NCBI GenBank assembly: GCA_030622635.1
Contig: JAUXFX010000001.1
Location: forward strand, 306-64,305
DNA length: 64,000 bases
Source: Bacteroidota bacterium
GTDB lineage: Bacteria > Bacteroidota > Bacteroidia > Bacteroidales > JADFUO01
Reading direction: 5' to 3'
The translations under genes and the position numbers were made by a program. Positions 1 to 9,373 of this stretch are shown here, in pieces. The notes beneath the pieces are model-generated. The model was not told where the DNA came from. It saw nothing but the letters and a program-made list of their open reading frames with translations, and did not search any database. Within the stretch, counting starts at the first letter, position 1; every line of letters begins with the position of its first letter.

Positions 1-2327
1 ATCTTAATTTTTACTCCTTTTTGAATTCCTTCAAGGAAATTGTTTTTTTGTGCCAATACATTGCCTGATGCTTTTAAAATTGAATCTGTGCAACGATAGC
101 TTTTCTTCAGTTCATAAGTTGTTGATTCGGGATAATCCTGTTCAAACTTGCGAATAAATTGAACATCAGCACCGCGGAAACCATAAATTGCCTGGTTAGG
201 ATCGCCAATGACAAACAAATTTGAGCCGGGATTCGGCATTAAAGTTCTGACCATTTCGTATTGGGCAAAATTTACATCCTGGTATTCATCAATCAAAAGC
301 CAATTAAATTTATTTTGATATCCGGAAAGTATATCAGGATGTTCTTTAAACAATTTCACAGTCTCACAAACAAGGTCATCAAAATCAAATGAGTTCAGTT
401 CAATCAGAAAATCTTCATATTTTTTAAAAACAGAAGAAAAAATCTCATCCTCTATCTTATATGCCGGTTGAAGACTTTGCTTTTGTTCGGTGATATTTTC
501 AGAATAATTATTTATTTCAGATTTTTCAATTCCAATCTTTTGAAGTATTTGCTTTTTATCTTCTTCATTGATGATTGAAAAATTCTGTTTTCTCCCTGTT
601 ATGCCGAAATGCTGCTTTAACACCGAAACTCCGAAAGCATGAAATGTAGAGACATGTATTTTTTTAATTACAGATTTATCTTCAAAAAAATCCGTAAGGC
701 GTTCCTTCATCTCTACGGCAGCTTTGTTAGTAAAAGTTACTGCCAGAATATTTTCAGGATTAACACCTTTATTTAGAATAAGGTTTGCAATTCTGGTAGT
801 CAGCACACGTGTTTTTCCTGTTCCCGGACCTGCGAGTATCAATGCCGGACCTTTAAAATGTTCAACGGCTTTATGTTGTTCGGGATTAAGATTTTCAAAT
901 AATATATCCGGTTGTGTAAAAAGGTCGGGTACTGATATCTGTTGTTGAGGTTCACTTTTTTCGGGTTTACTGCTTTTTAATTTCCTGAATGCAGACAGAT
1001 CAAAGCTGACAAGAGGTCTGGGCTGATTTTTATAAGTTTCTTTTGTGTCTTCAAAAAGCAGTTCTTGTGTTGTGAAAATTTTACTTTCTCCATCTCTGAA
1101 AACCGTAATTTTTCCGAATTCTCCGTCAAAACCTTCTTTAATATAAACCTCTCTGTTTCGCATCCGTCTTATAGATTCAGCCAGTTTTTCTCCACCAAAA
1201 TTATTTATATCTTCAACATCCATTTCCATTAAAAGATTAAGTTCCGATCCTGCTCTCGGTATCAAATTCAAATAAGCCTGGTTAATTTTTTTTGAATTGG
1301 GACCTACACCTTCTATTTCCGACAGTAATTCTTTTAACGGGATTAATGAATAAAACTGATGCCGATTTTTTCGTTCCAGCACATTATCCCTGTCCGCTAA
1401 CTGGGCTATCCGGTTCATCACTCCAACAGTAATTTTTTTGTTACAAACCGGACAAATCTCATCATGAATAATTGTTTCCAGAGGGTTCCAGCAAATACTG
1501 CATTTCCTGTGACCGTCGAAATGATATTTTCCTTCTTGCGGGAAAAAGTTAATAGTACCCAGAAATTGCTTTGAGTCACCGGTTTTCATTGCATTAATAA
1601 TTGAAAAATACGAAATTTCCGTATCAAAAAGATTGGCGTTTCTTCCAAGCTTTTCAGGCGAGTGAGCATCGGAATTTGCTGTTAATGTGTATTTATCCAG
1701 AAAGCTGCACATCCAGTTCATTGGCGGGTCAGTTGAAAGACCCATCTCAACGGCGGAAATGTGGCTTGACAAATCTTCAAAACATTCTTCAATATTATCA
1801 AAACCTGATTTTGAACCTAAAACAGAGAACCATGGAGTCCAGATGTGGGCAGGAACAAAAAATATCTCATCAGAGCAATCCAAACATAATTCCAGCAAAT
1901 TTTTTGAATCCAGCCCTAAAATCGGTCTGCCGTCTGAAGTTATATTAAATCCAAGCCCTGAAAGCTTTTGCTGAATTTTATCAACCACTTCAAAATTTGG
2001 AGCAAAAATTACATTATGGATTTTCCTGACCTTTCCGTTCTTTTTATAGATGTTGCTTATTTCGCTTGTCAGGACGAACCTTACATCATTTTCAGCAGCA
2101 AAATCAATTTTTTTCCTGAACTCATTTTTTATTTTAAAAAGTCCCGGTTCAGCAGGTTCTAATTTTTTTTTCAGTTCTTCGGTCCAACCCGGGTGCGTAA
2201 AATCACCTGTCCCGATAATTTTAATCCCCTTAATTTTTGCCCAGTATTCTAAAAATTCAGGCTTCAACTCTTTGCTTGTAGCAATAGAAAAATGCGAATG
2301 GATATGAAAATCACCTATGAACTTCAT
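1..2327 (-). CDS. PHP-domain (TIGR00375/EndoQ-like) N-terminus fused to a UvrD/Rep-type SF1 helicase; partial, C-terminus lies beyond the window start
   Basis: Absent from the ORF track because there is no in-window stop. Manual minus-strand translation from ATG 2327-2325 gives MKFIGDFHIHSHFSIATSKELKPEFLEYWAKIKGIKIIGTGDFTHPGW (PHP HxH motif). The same frame later gives ILAGPGTGKTRVLTTRIANL (Walker A, about 790-840) and WLLIDEYQDV (helicase motif II, about 271-300). Confidence 0.8.
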   Translation of the reverse strand, partial: MKFIGDFHIHSHFSIATSKELKPEFLEYWAKIKGIKIIGTGDFTHPGWTEELKKKLEPAEPGLFKIKNEFRKKIDFAAENDVRFVLTSEISNIYKKNGKVRKIHNVIFAPNFEVVDKIQQKLSGLGFNITSDGRPILGLDSKNLLELCLDCSDEIFFVPAHIWTPWFSVLGSKSGFDNIEECFEDLSSHISAVEMGLSTDPPMNWMCSFLDKYTLTANSDAHSPEKLGRNANLFDTEISYFSIINAMKTGDSKQFLGTINFFPQEGKYHFDGHRKCSICWNPLETIIHDEICPVCNKKITVGVMNRIAQLADRDNVLERKNRHQFYSLIPLKELLSEIEGVGPNSKKINQAYLNLIPRAGSELNLLMEMDVEDINNFGGEKLAESIRRMRNREVYIKEGFDGEFGKITVFRDGESKIFTTQELLFEDTKETYKNQPRPLVSFDLSAFRKLKSSKPEKSEPQQQISVPDLFTQPDILFENLNPEQHKAVEHFKGPALILAGPGTGKTRVLTTRIANLILNKGVNPENILAVTFTNKAAVEMKERLTDFFEDKSVIKKIHVSTFHAFGVSVLKQHFGITGRKQNFSIINEEDKKQILQKIGIEKSEINNYSENITEQKQSLQPAYKIEDEIFSSVFKKYEDFLIELNSFDFDDLVCETVKLFKEHPDILSGYQNKFNWLLIDEYQDVNFAQYEMVRTLMPNPGSNLFVIGDPNQAIYGFRGADVQFIRKFEQDYPESTTYELKKSYRCTDSILKASGNVLAQKNNFLEGIQKGVKIK

Positions 2328-2348
2328 GAGATTGTTTTTTTATTGTTT

Positions 2349-3200
2349 TTAATCTTCTTCACTTTTCAACTTGTCGGGATTTTTAATAAACTTTTTATCT
2401 TCAGATTTTACTCTGCGTTCTAATTTCTTCACATCTTCTTCAGGTGGTAGTTCTTCAGGTTTTATTCCACGTTCAAGTAATAGCTTTCTCACACCTTTAT
2501 TGTTTCTGATGTGTTCCCACGAAATTTGCTGTCCTGATTTTATATCCTTATCATTTATGTTAAAAATAGTAATTTCCGTAGCAAAGTCTTTAGCTTTTAT
2601 AGTAATTGTGGGTAAAAAATCAGCGAGTGGACGATTTTGTTTTATATCAAGTTTTTTCTTCATCTTGCTTGTAGAATATCCAAATAACGCCTGATCGCCT
2701 TTACTGCGAATAATACCGAAATCCCCGTCATTTCCGGTTCGTTCATAAATTAATTCTGAAAGTTCTTTTTCTGATAATGAAAGTTTATGGCGAGCATTTA
2801 AACGCTCCCAGTCTTTTATGCGTTGTTCAATTATCTCGAATTTCCTTGTTTGGACAGCAAAATAGTTTTGTGCAAAAGCAATTTGTTCTTTTTTGGGGTC
2901 TCCGTTTTGAGCTATCAGATAACAAGCAAAACGAGTGAGCATAATATCGTTAATTTCGCGTTCGGTCCCTGAGCCGATTTTGACCATTTTGTTGATGTCA
3001 ACAAAATGGTCTAAAACTATATGAACTGTAGTTTCGCAAGATGTTTTGGCTTTGTTTATTATCTTTAAAAAGTTGCGCCATTCGGTATAGCCAAGTAAGT
3101 GTTGTAAATCTCTGGCTAACCAAAATTCTATACCATTCTCAGTTTGATTAGCATAAGATTCAAAATCTTCGGTAAGATGTTTTACAATTTCCTTTTTCAT
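2349..3200 (-). CDS. dinD: DNA-damage-inducible protein D (DinD family)
   Basis: 283-aa ORF. The N-terminal FESYANQTENGIEFWLARDLQHLLGYTEWRNFLKIINKAKTSC and overall length match the DinD family as I recall it. Confidence 0.8.
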   Translation of the reverse strand: MKKEIVKHLTEDFESYANQTENGIEFWLARDLQHLLGYTEWRNFLKIINKAKTSCETTVHIVLDHFVDINKMVKIGSGTEREINDIMLTRFACYLIAQNGDPKKEQIAFAQNYFAVQTRKFEIIEQRIKDWERLNARHKLSLSEKELSELIYERTGNDGDFGIIRSKGDQALFGYSTSKMKKKLDIKQNRPLADFLPTITIKAKDFATEITIFNINDKDIKSGQQISWEHIRNNKGVRKLLLERGIKPEELPPEEDVKKLERRVKSEDKKFIKNPDKLKSEED

Positions 3201-3289
3201 TTTTTATTTATTTTGTTGCTGACTTCCCCGACCTGTTGGAAGTTCTTTTTGTTTTAATTATTTAGTTGTCTGCTAATTTACAATAAATC

Positions 3290-5971
3290 CTACTCCACTA
3301 TAATCTCATCTGCAAATATCCAGGCTTTTTCTCCTGCTCCTTTGTGCCAGTCGGGGCAAACACCAATATTTTTTGCAAGTACACGGATATACCTTGTTTT
3401 TATAAAGTCAATCAAAGCAATATCACCGCCACCTGTGTACTGCGGGCTGTATGGATTGTTAATTTTGATACTTCTCCCTTTTGGAATTTTTATGAATTCA
3501 GCAGTAACTTTTTTACTTGGAAGCATTCCGTTAGCAACTGCAAAAGTTTTAATAGTTGTTGTTTTGTTAAATTTTAACGGCTTTGTGTATTCTTTGGAAT
3601 TTATATCCGGTTTGCTTCCGTCAAGAGTATAATAAATTTTTGCATCTTTAAGAATACAATTTAATTTGACTTCGGTAGTTTTTGTGAATGTTTTTGAATC
3701 AGCGATAAAATAAGGAACAGGAGTTATTAAAAAGTCTTTGATCTCTGAAACAGGCATATTTTCTTTTCCTGTACCCCAGTTTTTATTCGGTTTAGGAACC
3801 ATCTCAAAAATAAGTTCACCGCCCTTCATTATATCCGAATGTTTTATGTATGATTTATTATATGGCTTACCATTAAAATTTGCAGACTGAATATAAAAGT
3901 TTTTATCAGAAACATTATTTGCCTTAATTATAAATTTATTTCCATTCTCTAAATTAATTGTTGCTTTCTCAAAAACCGGACTGCCGATTGCATAGATATT
4001 ATGGCCGGGTGTTACCGGATAAAAACCCATTGCACTCAAAACATACCAGGCAGACATTTGTCCGCAGTCTTCATTTCCGCAAAGTCCGTCAGGTTTATCC
4101 GAGTATAAATCATCCATGATTTTCCTGACGAGTTTTTGCGTTTTCCATGGCTGATCCGCATAATCATATAAATAAGCTATATGATGACTTGGCTCGTTTC
4201 CATGTGCATATTGACCGATCAATCCTGTAATATCCGATTGCTGCCTTCCTGAAAGCTTAGTTTCAGTATAAAACATTTCATCCAACTTTTTTACAAATTG
4301 TTCATTACCGCCATGTAAATCAATCATTCCCTGAATATCCTGAGGGACAAAAAAGTTATATTGCCATGTATTTGCCTCAGTTAGCATAAAGTTGACTTCA
4401 GCAGGGTCAAATGGTGTAACAAAAGTTTCATTTCTTTTCCCGCGAAAAAACCCGGTTGAGTCATCAAACAAATTTTTATAATACTGAGCACGTGTAATAT
4501 ATTTCCGGTAATCTTTATCTTTTCCTAATTTTTTTGCCATTTGTGCGATACACCAGTCATCATAGGCATATTCAAGAGTTTTTGATATTGATTCTCCTTC
4601 CTTGTCTGCAGGAATATATCCTGATTTTTTATAAAACTCAAGACCAAGATGGTTTTGCTCAGCACTTTTTTTCATGGCGTTAAAAGCCAGTTTAATATCA
4701 AAGTCACGGATGCCTTTCATATATGCGTCAACAATTACAGGGACGGAATGATAGCCGATCATACAACCTGTTTCATTACCTGCCAGTTCCCAAACCGGTA
4801 ATAATCCGCTGCGTTTATAAATATCAAGCATTGATTTGATAAAGTCGGTTGTGCGTTTATTTTCAATGATGGTAAATAACGGATGTTCTGCCCGGAATGT
4901 ATCCCATAAAGAAAACACTGTGTACATATCAAAATCTTTTGCCTTATATGTTTTCCCGTCATGTCCCTTGTATTTTCCATCAATATCCGAAAATAAATTA
5001 GGTGCAAGCAAAGAGTGGTAAAGAGCAGAATAAAAAATTGTTTTTTGTTCGATTGTGCCGCCTTCAACTTTAATTTTGTTTAAAGCTTTTTCCCATATTT
5101 TGCGAGCTTTATTTTTAGTTTTTTCAAAATCCCATCCCTGTATTTCTTTTTTAAGATTGTTTTTTGCTCCCTCAATACTTACAGCCGAAATACCGACTTT
5201 TACAAGGATTTCTTCATTTTCTGATGTTTTATAATTTACAAAAGCTTTAATATCTTCACCATAAACTTTTTGATAAACTTTTGAACTTTTGCCATTTTTT
5301 ACTACTCCAAACGAATTAAACGGTTTTGAAAAAACAGCATAGAAATAAATACACTGGTCATCAGCCCAGCCATCTGTGCGGCGAATTCCGGTAATTTCGG
5401 TGTTGCTTAGAAATTCCAATTCAAGAAATAAAATATTATCGGATGTTATACTTTCGGTTAAATCGATAATAATATGAGCATTATCAGTTTCGGGAAAAAT
5501 ATATTTTTGAAAACTTAGACGTTCCAAAACTGTTAATTCAACATCAATATCATAATCTTTAAGAGTAACTGCATAATATCCAGGAGATGCTTTTTCTGTT
5601 TTATGACTGAACCGTGAACGGTATCCTGAGTCAGGATCATCAGCGGTTCCGGGATTTAATTGTAGTTTACCGACAGTAGGCGTAAAACGGATATCGCCAT
5701 AATCCCCGACTCCTGTACCGCTTAAATGTGTATGACTAAACCCGAGAATGGTTTTATCGGAATAATGGTAACCCGAGCAGCCGTCCCAACTGTTGATTCG
5801 GGTATCAGGACTTAATTGCACCATTCCAAAGGGTAAAGTGGCTCCGGGATAAGTATGCCCATGTCCACCTGTTCCGATAAAGGGATCAACATAATTTATG
5901 TTTTTTTTGTCAACTGAGCAAGCAGTAAATAAAATTACAATTGCTAATAAAAAAGGACTTAAATATTTCAT
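3290..5971 (-). CDS. Glycoside hydrolase family 92 (alpha-mannosidase-like) lipoprotein with chitobiase-like and short discoidin-like C-terminal modules
   Basis: VDPFIGTGGHGHTYPGATLPFGMVQLSPDT is the GH92 signature. Starting at ATG 5971 gives a lipoprotein signal (MKYLSPFLLAIVILFTAC) and abuts the upstream gene's stop (5973), so I prefer it to the track start 6013. The C-terminus has KIYYTLDGSKP and IGVCPDWHKGAGEKAWIFADEIIVE. Confidence 0.88.
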   Translation of the reverse strand: MKYLSPFLLAIVILFTACSVDKKNINYVDPFIGTGGHGHTYPGATLPFGMVQLSPDTRINSWDGCSGYHYSDKTILGFSHTHLSGTGVGDYGDIRFTPTVGKLQLNPGTADDPDSGYRSRFSHKTEKASPGYYAVTLKDYDIDVELTVLERLSFQKYIFPETDNAHIIIDLTESITSDNILFLELEFLSNTEITGIRRTDGWADDQCIYFYAVFSKPFNSFGVVKNGKSSKVYQKVYGEDIKAFVNYKTSENEEILVKVGISAVSIEGAKNNLKKEIQGWDFEKTKNKARKIWEKALNKIKVEGGTIEQKTIFYSALYHSLLAPNLFSDIDGKYKGHDGKTYKAKDFDMYTVFSLWDTFRAEHPLFTIIENKRTTDFIKSMLDIYKRSGLLPVWELAGNETGCMIGYHSVPVIVDAYMKGIRDFDIKLAFNAMKKSAEQNHLGLEFYKKSGYIPADKEGESISKTLEYAYDDWCIAQMAKKLGKDKDYRKYITRAQYYKNLFDDSTGFFRGKRNETFVTPFDPAEVNFMLTEANTWQYNFFVPQDIQGMIDLHGGNEQFVKKLDEMFYTETKLSGRQQSDITGLIGQYAHGNEPSHHIAYLYDYADQPWKTQKLVRKIMDDLYSDKPDGLCGNEDCGQMSAWYVLSAMGFYPVTPGHNIYAIGSPVFEKATINLENGNKFIIKANNVSDKNFYIQSANFNGKPYNKSYIKHSDIMKGGELIFEMVPKPNKNWGTGKENMPVSEIKDFLITPVPYFIADSKTFTKTTEVKLNCILKDAKIYYTLDGSKPDINSKEYTKPLKFNKTTTIKTFAVANGMLPSKKVTAEFIKIPKGRSIKINNPYSPQYTGGGDIALIDFIKTRYIRVLAKNIGVCPDWHKGAGEKAWIFADEIIVE

Positions 5972-5972
5972 T

Positions 5973-6314
5973 TTAATTTTTTTTCTGCCAGGGAAATCTT
6001 CCGTCCAATTCAACTTGTAGAGATAAGCTTAGGAAAGTTCTTATTAATACAATTAATCCTAAGGCAAACACTTGATTTAGCGTAGGATCTATAATTACAG
6101 TATGGATAATATCAGCGGCTATCAAAACTTCTAATCCTATAAGAATAGATTTTCCAAGACCCATTTTTAATGATTTGAAGATATCCGGCTTTTTTTTCAG
6201 AAGACTGATTATAAATTTTATAAGAAAAAATAATATACCTAAAACGATTATGATAACCCCCGCGGCTTCCAGAATTTTAGATAACTGTTCAACGATAGTT
6301 TTTAAACTTTCCAT
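5973..6314 (-). CDS. Small membrane protein, DUF1622-like
   Basis: 113 aa with hydrophobic helices and a C-terminal ELDGRFPWQKK tail, reminiscent of DUF1622. Confidence 0.55.
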   Translation of the reverse strand: MESLKTIVEQLSKILEAAGVIIIVLGILFFLIKFIISLLKKKPDIFKSLKMGLGKSILIGLEVLIAADIIHTVIIDPTLNQVFALGLIVLIRTFLSLSLQVELDGRFPWQKKN

Positions 6315-6508
6315 ATTATTAATTGATTATTTTTTTCATACGTATCTAACTTGATTTAAAATTATTTTTTTAAGTTGTTGCTTAATTGAATTTTTAGTTA
6401 ATAAATCAACTTTCTTATCATAATACAACAAATTTAATATATTTTTCGGATTTTTTACAAATATAATTATATTATTAAATTATAATTTCAAAAAATACCC
6501 TGATTCAA

Positions 6509-6619
6509 TTAACTCGTTTTCCCCATCTTGATACAGAGCATAATCAAAACCTTTATTAATGCTAAAAGCCCCATTGAAGCAAGTGCAGAACCTGATAAAA
6601 ATTTCCTTCTGTTTATCAT
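6509..6619 (-). pseudogene. 36-codon ORF consisting only of a twin-arginine (Tat) signal peptide; probable remnant of a secreted enzyme gene
   Basis: Manual translation gives MINRRKFLSGSALASMGLLALIKVLIMLCIKMGKTS*. It has an RRKFL Tat motif plus h-region and no mature domain. It is below the ORF-track length cutoff. Confidence 0.3.
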
Positions 6620-6658
6620 ATTTTTATTTTTGTTGTTGTAATGTTTCATAATTTTTTT

Positions 6659-6699
6659 CAAACGTCAAACGTCGAACGTCAAACGTCAAACATCAAACC
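6659..6699. repeat. Heptad tandem array (AAACGTC)x6
   Basis: The array reads caaacgtc aaacgtc gaacgtc aaacgtc aaacatc aaacc. Confidence 0.9.
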
Positions 6700-6780
6700 T
6701 TATTCGATACCCTTTCCATCCATAATAAGCCAAATACACATAACAGAATATCGGGACAAAGAATGTTCGTTTGTACAATT

Positions 6781-6835
6781 TTCCATTATTCCAACATTCC
6801 ATTATTCCAGTTTTCCAACATTCCATCACTCCATT
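6781..6835. repeat. Low-complexity array built on ttccat/ttccaaca
   Basis: The array reads ttccattattccaaca ttccattattccagttttccaaca ttccatcactccatt. Confidence 0.9.
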
Positions 6836-6871
6836 TGATTTTGTTATTTTGTTATTTGTAAATTTGCAAAC

Positions 6872-9280
6872 ATGATTTATCCCAAAAACTTTGAACAAAA
6901 AATCGGGTTTGATATTATCAGGCAAATGCTGAAAGATAATTGCCTGAGCTCGCTTGGCGAAAAGTTCGTTGAAAAAATGTACTTTACATGCAATTTTGAA
7001 CTTATTAAAAATCTTATTTGTCAGGTTGAGGAATTCAGGCAGATACTTATGTTTGAAGACGGATTTCCCACACAGGATTATTATGACCTTATTCCTGAAT
7101 TAAACAGGATAAAAATTAAGGGAACTATCATTGACCTTGAAAAACTTTTTGATTTAAAATCATCATTAAATACAATATTTCTTTGTCTGATATTTTTTAA
7201 AAAAACTGAAAGTGAAAAATATACTCATCTGAAGGAACTTTCAAAAGATGTGATTATTGAAAAACAATTATTGCAGCGTATTGAGAAGATAGTTGATGAC
7301 AAAGGGAAAATAAAAGATAATGCATCACAAAAGTTAAAAGAGATAAGGAATGAACTTATCAGGAAACAATCTTTTATTGATAAAAAGATCAGTCAGACAT
7401 TAACTGCTTCCAAAAAAGCCGGCTGGACTTCCGGAGATGTTGAAGCAACAATCAGAAACGGCAGACTTGTAATTCCTGTTTTGGTTGCCAATAAACGAAA
7501 AATTAAGGGATTTATCCATGATGAATCGGCTACAGGACAAACCGTTTTTATTGAACCTGCAGATATTTTTGACATAAATAATGAAATCCGTGAGCTTGAA
7601 AATGCAGAGAAAAGGGAAATTATTAAAATCTTTACTGAATTTACAAACTATCTTCGCCCACAGATTGAAGACTTAAAAAATGCTTTCAGATATCTTGGAT
7701 TGCTGGATTTTATTTGTGCTAAGGCAAAATTTGCAATCAGTATTGAAGCTGTAAAACCTGTAATTATTAATGAACCCCTGATTGACTGGAAAAAAACAAG
7801 GCATCCGTTGCTTTATTTATCTCATAAAAATCAGAACAAATTAATTGAACCCTTAGATATAAACCTGGATAATAAAAACAGAATTTTAATAATTTCCGGA
7901 CCAAATGCCGGAGGAAAATCAGTCTGTCTGAAAACTGTCGGGTTAATCCAGTATATGCTACAATCAGGTTTGCTTGTGCCTTTGAAAGAAGACTCCGAAC
8001 TTGGCATATTTAAAAAAATCTTTATTGATATCGGCGATGAACAATCACTAGAGAAAGACCTGAGCACTTACACTTCCCATTTATTAAATTTAAAATATTT
8101 TGTTTTAAATGCTGATGAAGAATCTCTTGTACTGATTGATGAATTCGGTACCGGAACCGAACCGCAGCTTGGAGGCGCCATTGCCGAAGCTGTTTTAGAA
8201 AAGATCAATGAGAAAAAGGTATTTGGGGTCATAACAACCCATTATTCAAATTTAAAATTATTTGCTGATAAAACCTGTGGGATAATTAACGGTGCTATGC
8301 TTTTTGATTCAAAAAATATGCAGCCGCTTTATGAGTTAAAAATCGGGAAACCAGGTAGCTCTTTTGCTTTTGAAATTGCCAGAAAAATTGGTTTTCCTAA
8401 AATTATTCTTAAAAATGCAGCAAAAAAAACGGGTAAAAAACAATTGGATTTTGACAAACAACTGCAACAACTGGAGGTTGAAAAACTTGAAATTGATAAA
8501 AAACAAACCGGGTTAAAAGTTGCTGATGAATTCCTTAGCGAAATAATCAATAAATATGAAAATTTGGTTGAAAAAATTGAAAGCACAAAAGAAAGTATTA
8601 TCAGCAGGGCAAAAGAAGAAGCAATGGAAATTCTTGACGGTTCTAATAAATTAATTGAAAATACAATCAGGGAAATACGGGAAATTCAGGCGGAAAAAGA
8701 AAAAACAAAAAAACTAAGAAAAAAACTTAAGGAACACAAAGAAAAAATCATCAGAAAAAAACATGTTGAACAATTAAAACCTTTGCTTGAAAAGAAAAAA
8801 ATTAAACCTGTTTCCAAAGTTGTTGATACTTCTATTAATGTTGGAGATTTTGTAAAAATTGCCGATCAGGATACTGTTGGCGAAGTAATTGAAATATCAG
8901 ATGAAGATGTTTTAATTACATTTAATACAGTAAAATTCAGAACCCCAATCAACAAATTAAAAAAAGTATCCGGTAAAGAAAAAGTTAAAATTTCCCAAAG
9001 TTCATACAGCAATATTATTAGTGATAAAATTGCTAATTTTAAATTATCAATAGATGTCAGGGGGAAAAGAGCCGAAGAAGCAATTTCGATTGTCAGGCAA
9101 TATGTTGATGAAGCAATTTTACTGAACATGAAGGAAGTTAATATTTTACATGGTAAGGGAGACGGTATTTTGCGTGATGTAATCCGTGAATACCTTTCAA
9201 CTGTTCAGGAAATTAAACAATACAAAGACCAGCATATTGAAAGAGGCGGTCATGGGATTACGGTTGTGATGTTCAGGTAA
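6872..9280 (+). CDS. mutS2: Endonuclease MutS2 (MutS-family ATPase with C-terminal Smr domain)
   Basis: 802 aa. It has Walker A GPNAGGKS, DEFGTGTEP, and a C-terminal Smr-like DVRGKRAEEA...LHGKGDGILR. Confidence 0.9.
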   Translation: MIYPKNFEQKIGFDIIRQMLKDNCLSSLGEKFVEKMYFTCNFELIKNLICQVEEFRQILMFEDGFPTQDYYDLIPELNRIKIKGTIIDLEKLFDLKSSLNTIFLCLIFFKKTESEKYTHLKELSKDVIIEKQLLQRIEKIVDDKGKIKDNASQKLKEIRNELIRKQSFIDKKISQTLTASKKAGWTSGDVEATIRNGRLVIPVLVANKRKIKGFIHDESATGQTVFIEPADIFDINNEIRELENAEKREIIKIFTEFTNYLRPQIEDLKNAFRYLGLLDFICAKAKFAISIEAVKPVIINEPLIDWKKTRHPLLYLSHKNQNKLIEPLDINLDNKNRILIISGPNAGGKSVCLKTVGLIQYMLQSGLLVPLKEDSELGIFKKIFIDIGDEQSLEKDLSTYTSHLLNLKYFVLNADEESLVLIDEFGTGTEPQLGGAIAEAVLEKINEKKVFGVITTHYSNLKLFADKTCGIINGAMLFDSKNMQPLYELKIGKPGSSFAFEIARKIGFPKIILKNAAKKTGKKQLDFDKQLQQLEVEKLEIDKKQTGLKVADEFLSEIINKYENLVEKIESTKESIISRAKEEAMEILDGSNKLIENTIREIREIQAEKEKTKKLRKKLKEHKEKIIRKKHVEQLKPLLEKKKIKPVSKVVDTSINVGDFVKIADQDTVGEVIEISDEDVLITFNTVKFRTPINKLKKVSGKEKVKISQSSYSNIISDKIANFKLSIDVRGKRAEEAISIVRQYVDEAILLNMKEVNILHGKGDGILRDVIREYLSTVQEIKQYKDQHIERGGHGITVVMFR

Positions 9281-9373
9281 AAATAAATGATTATATTTTT
9301 TTTAATAATGTATTAAATGTTTTGTATCTTTGCAATCAATTTAGATTAATCAAAATACTTATTAATTTACTAA

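Noticed and set aside
724-2307. Five short plus-strand ORFs (74-115 aa) at the left edge
   Set aside because: All are antisense to the continuous minus-strand PHP-UvrD reading frame, which carries clear helicase and PHP motifs.
6859-6866. TAAATTTG promoter box for mutS2
   Set aside because: It ends only 5 nt before the ATG at 6872, which would imply a leaderless transcript. I cannot support that without TSS data.
6641-6925. 65-aa plus-strand and 79-aa minus-strand ORFs upstream of mutS2
   Set aside because: Both are translations of the heptad and ttccat arrays (QTSNVERQTSN; MECWKTGIMECWNNG). The minus-strand one also overlaps the mutS2 start.
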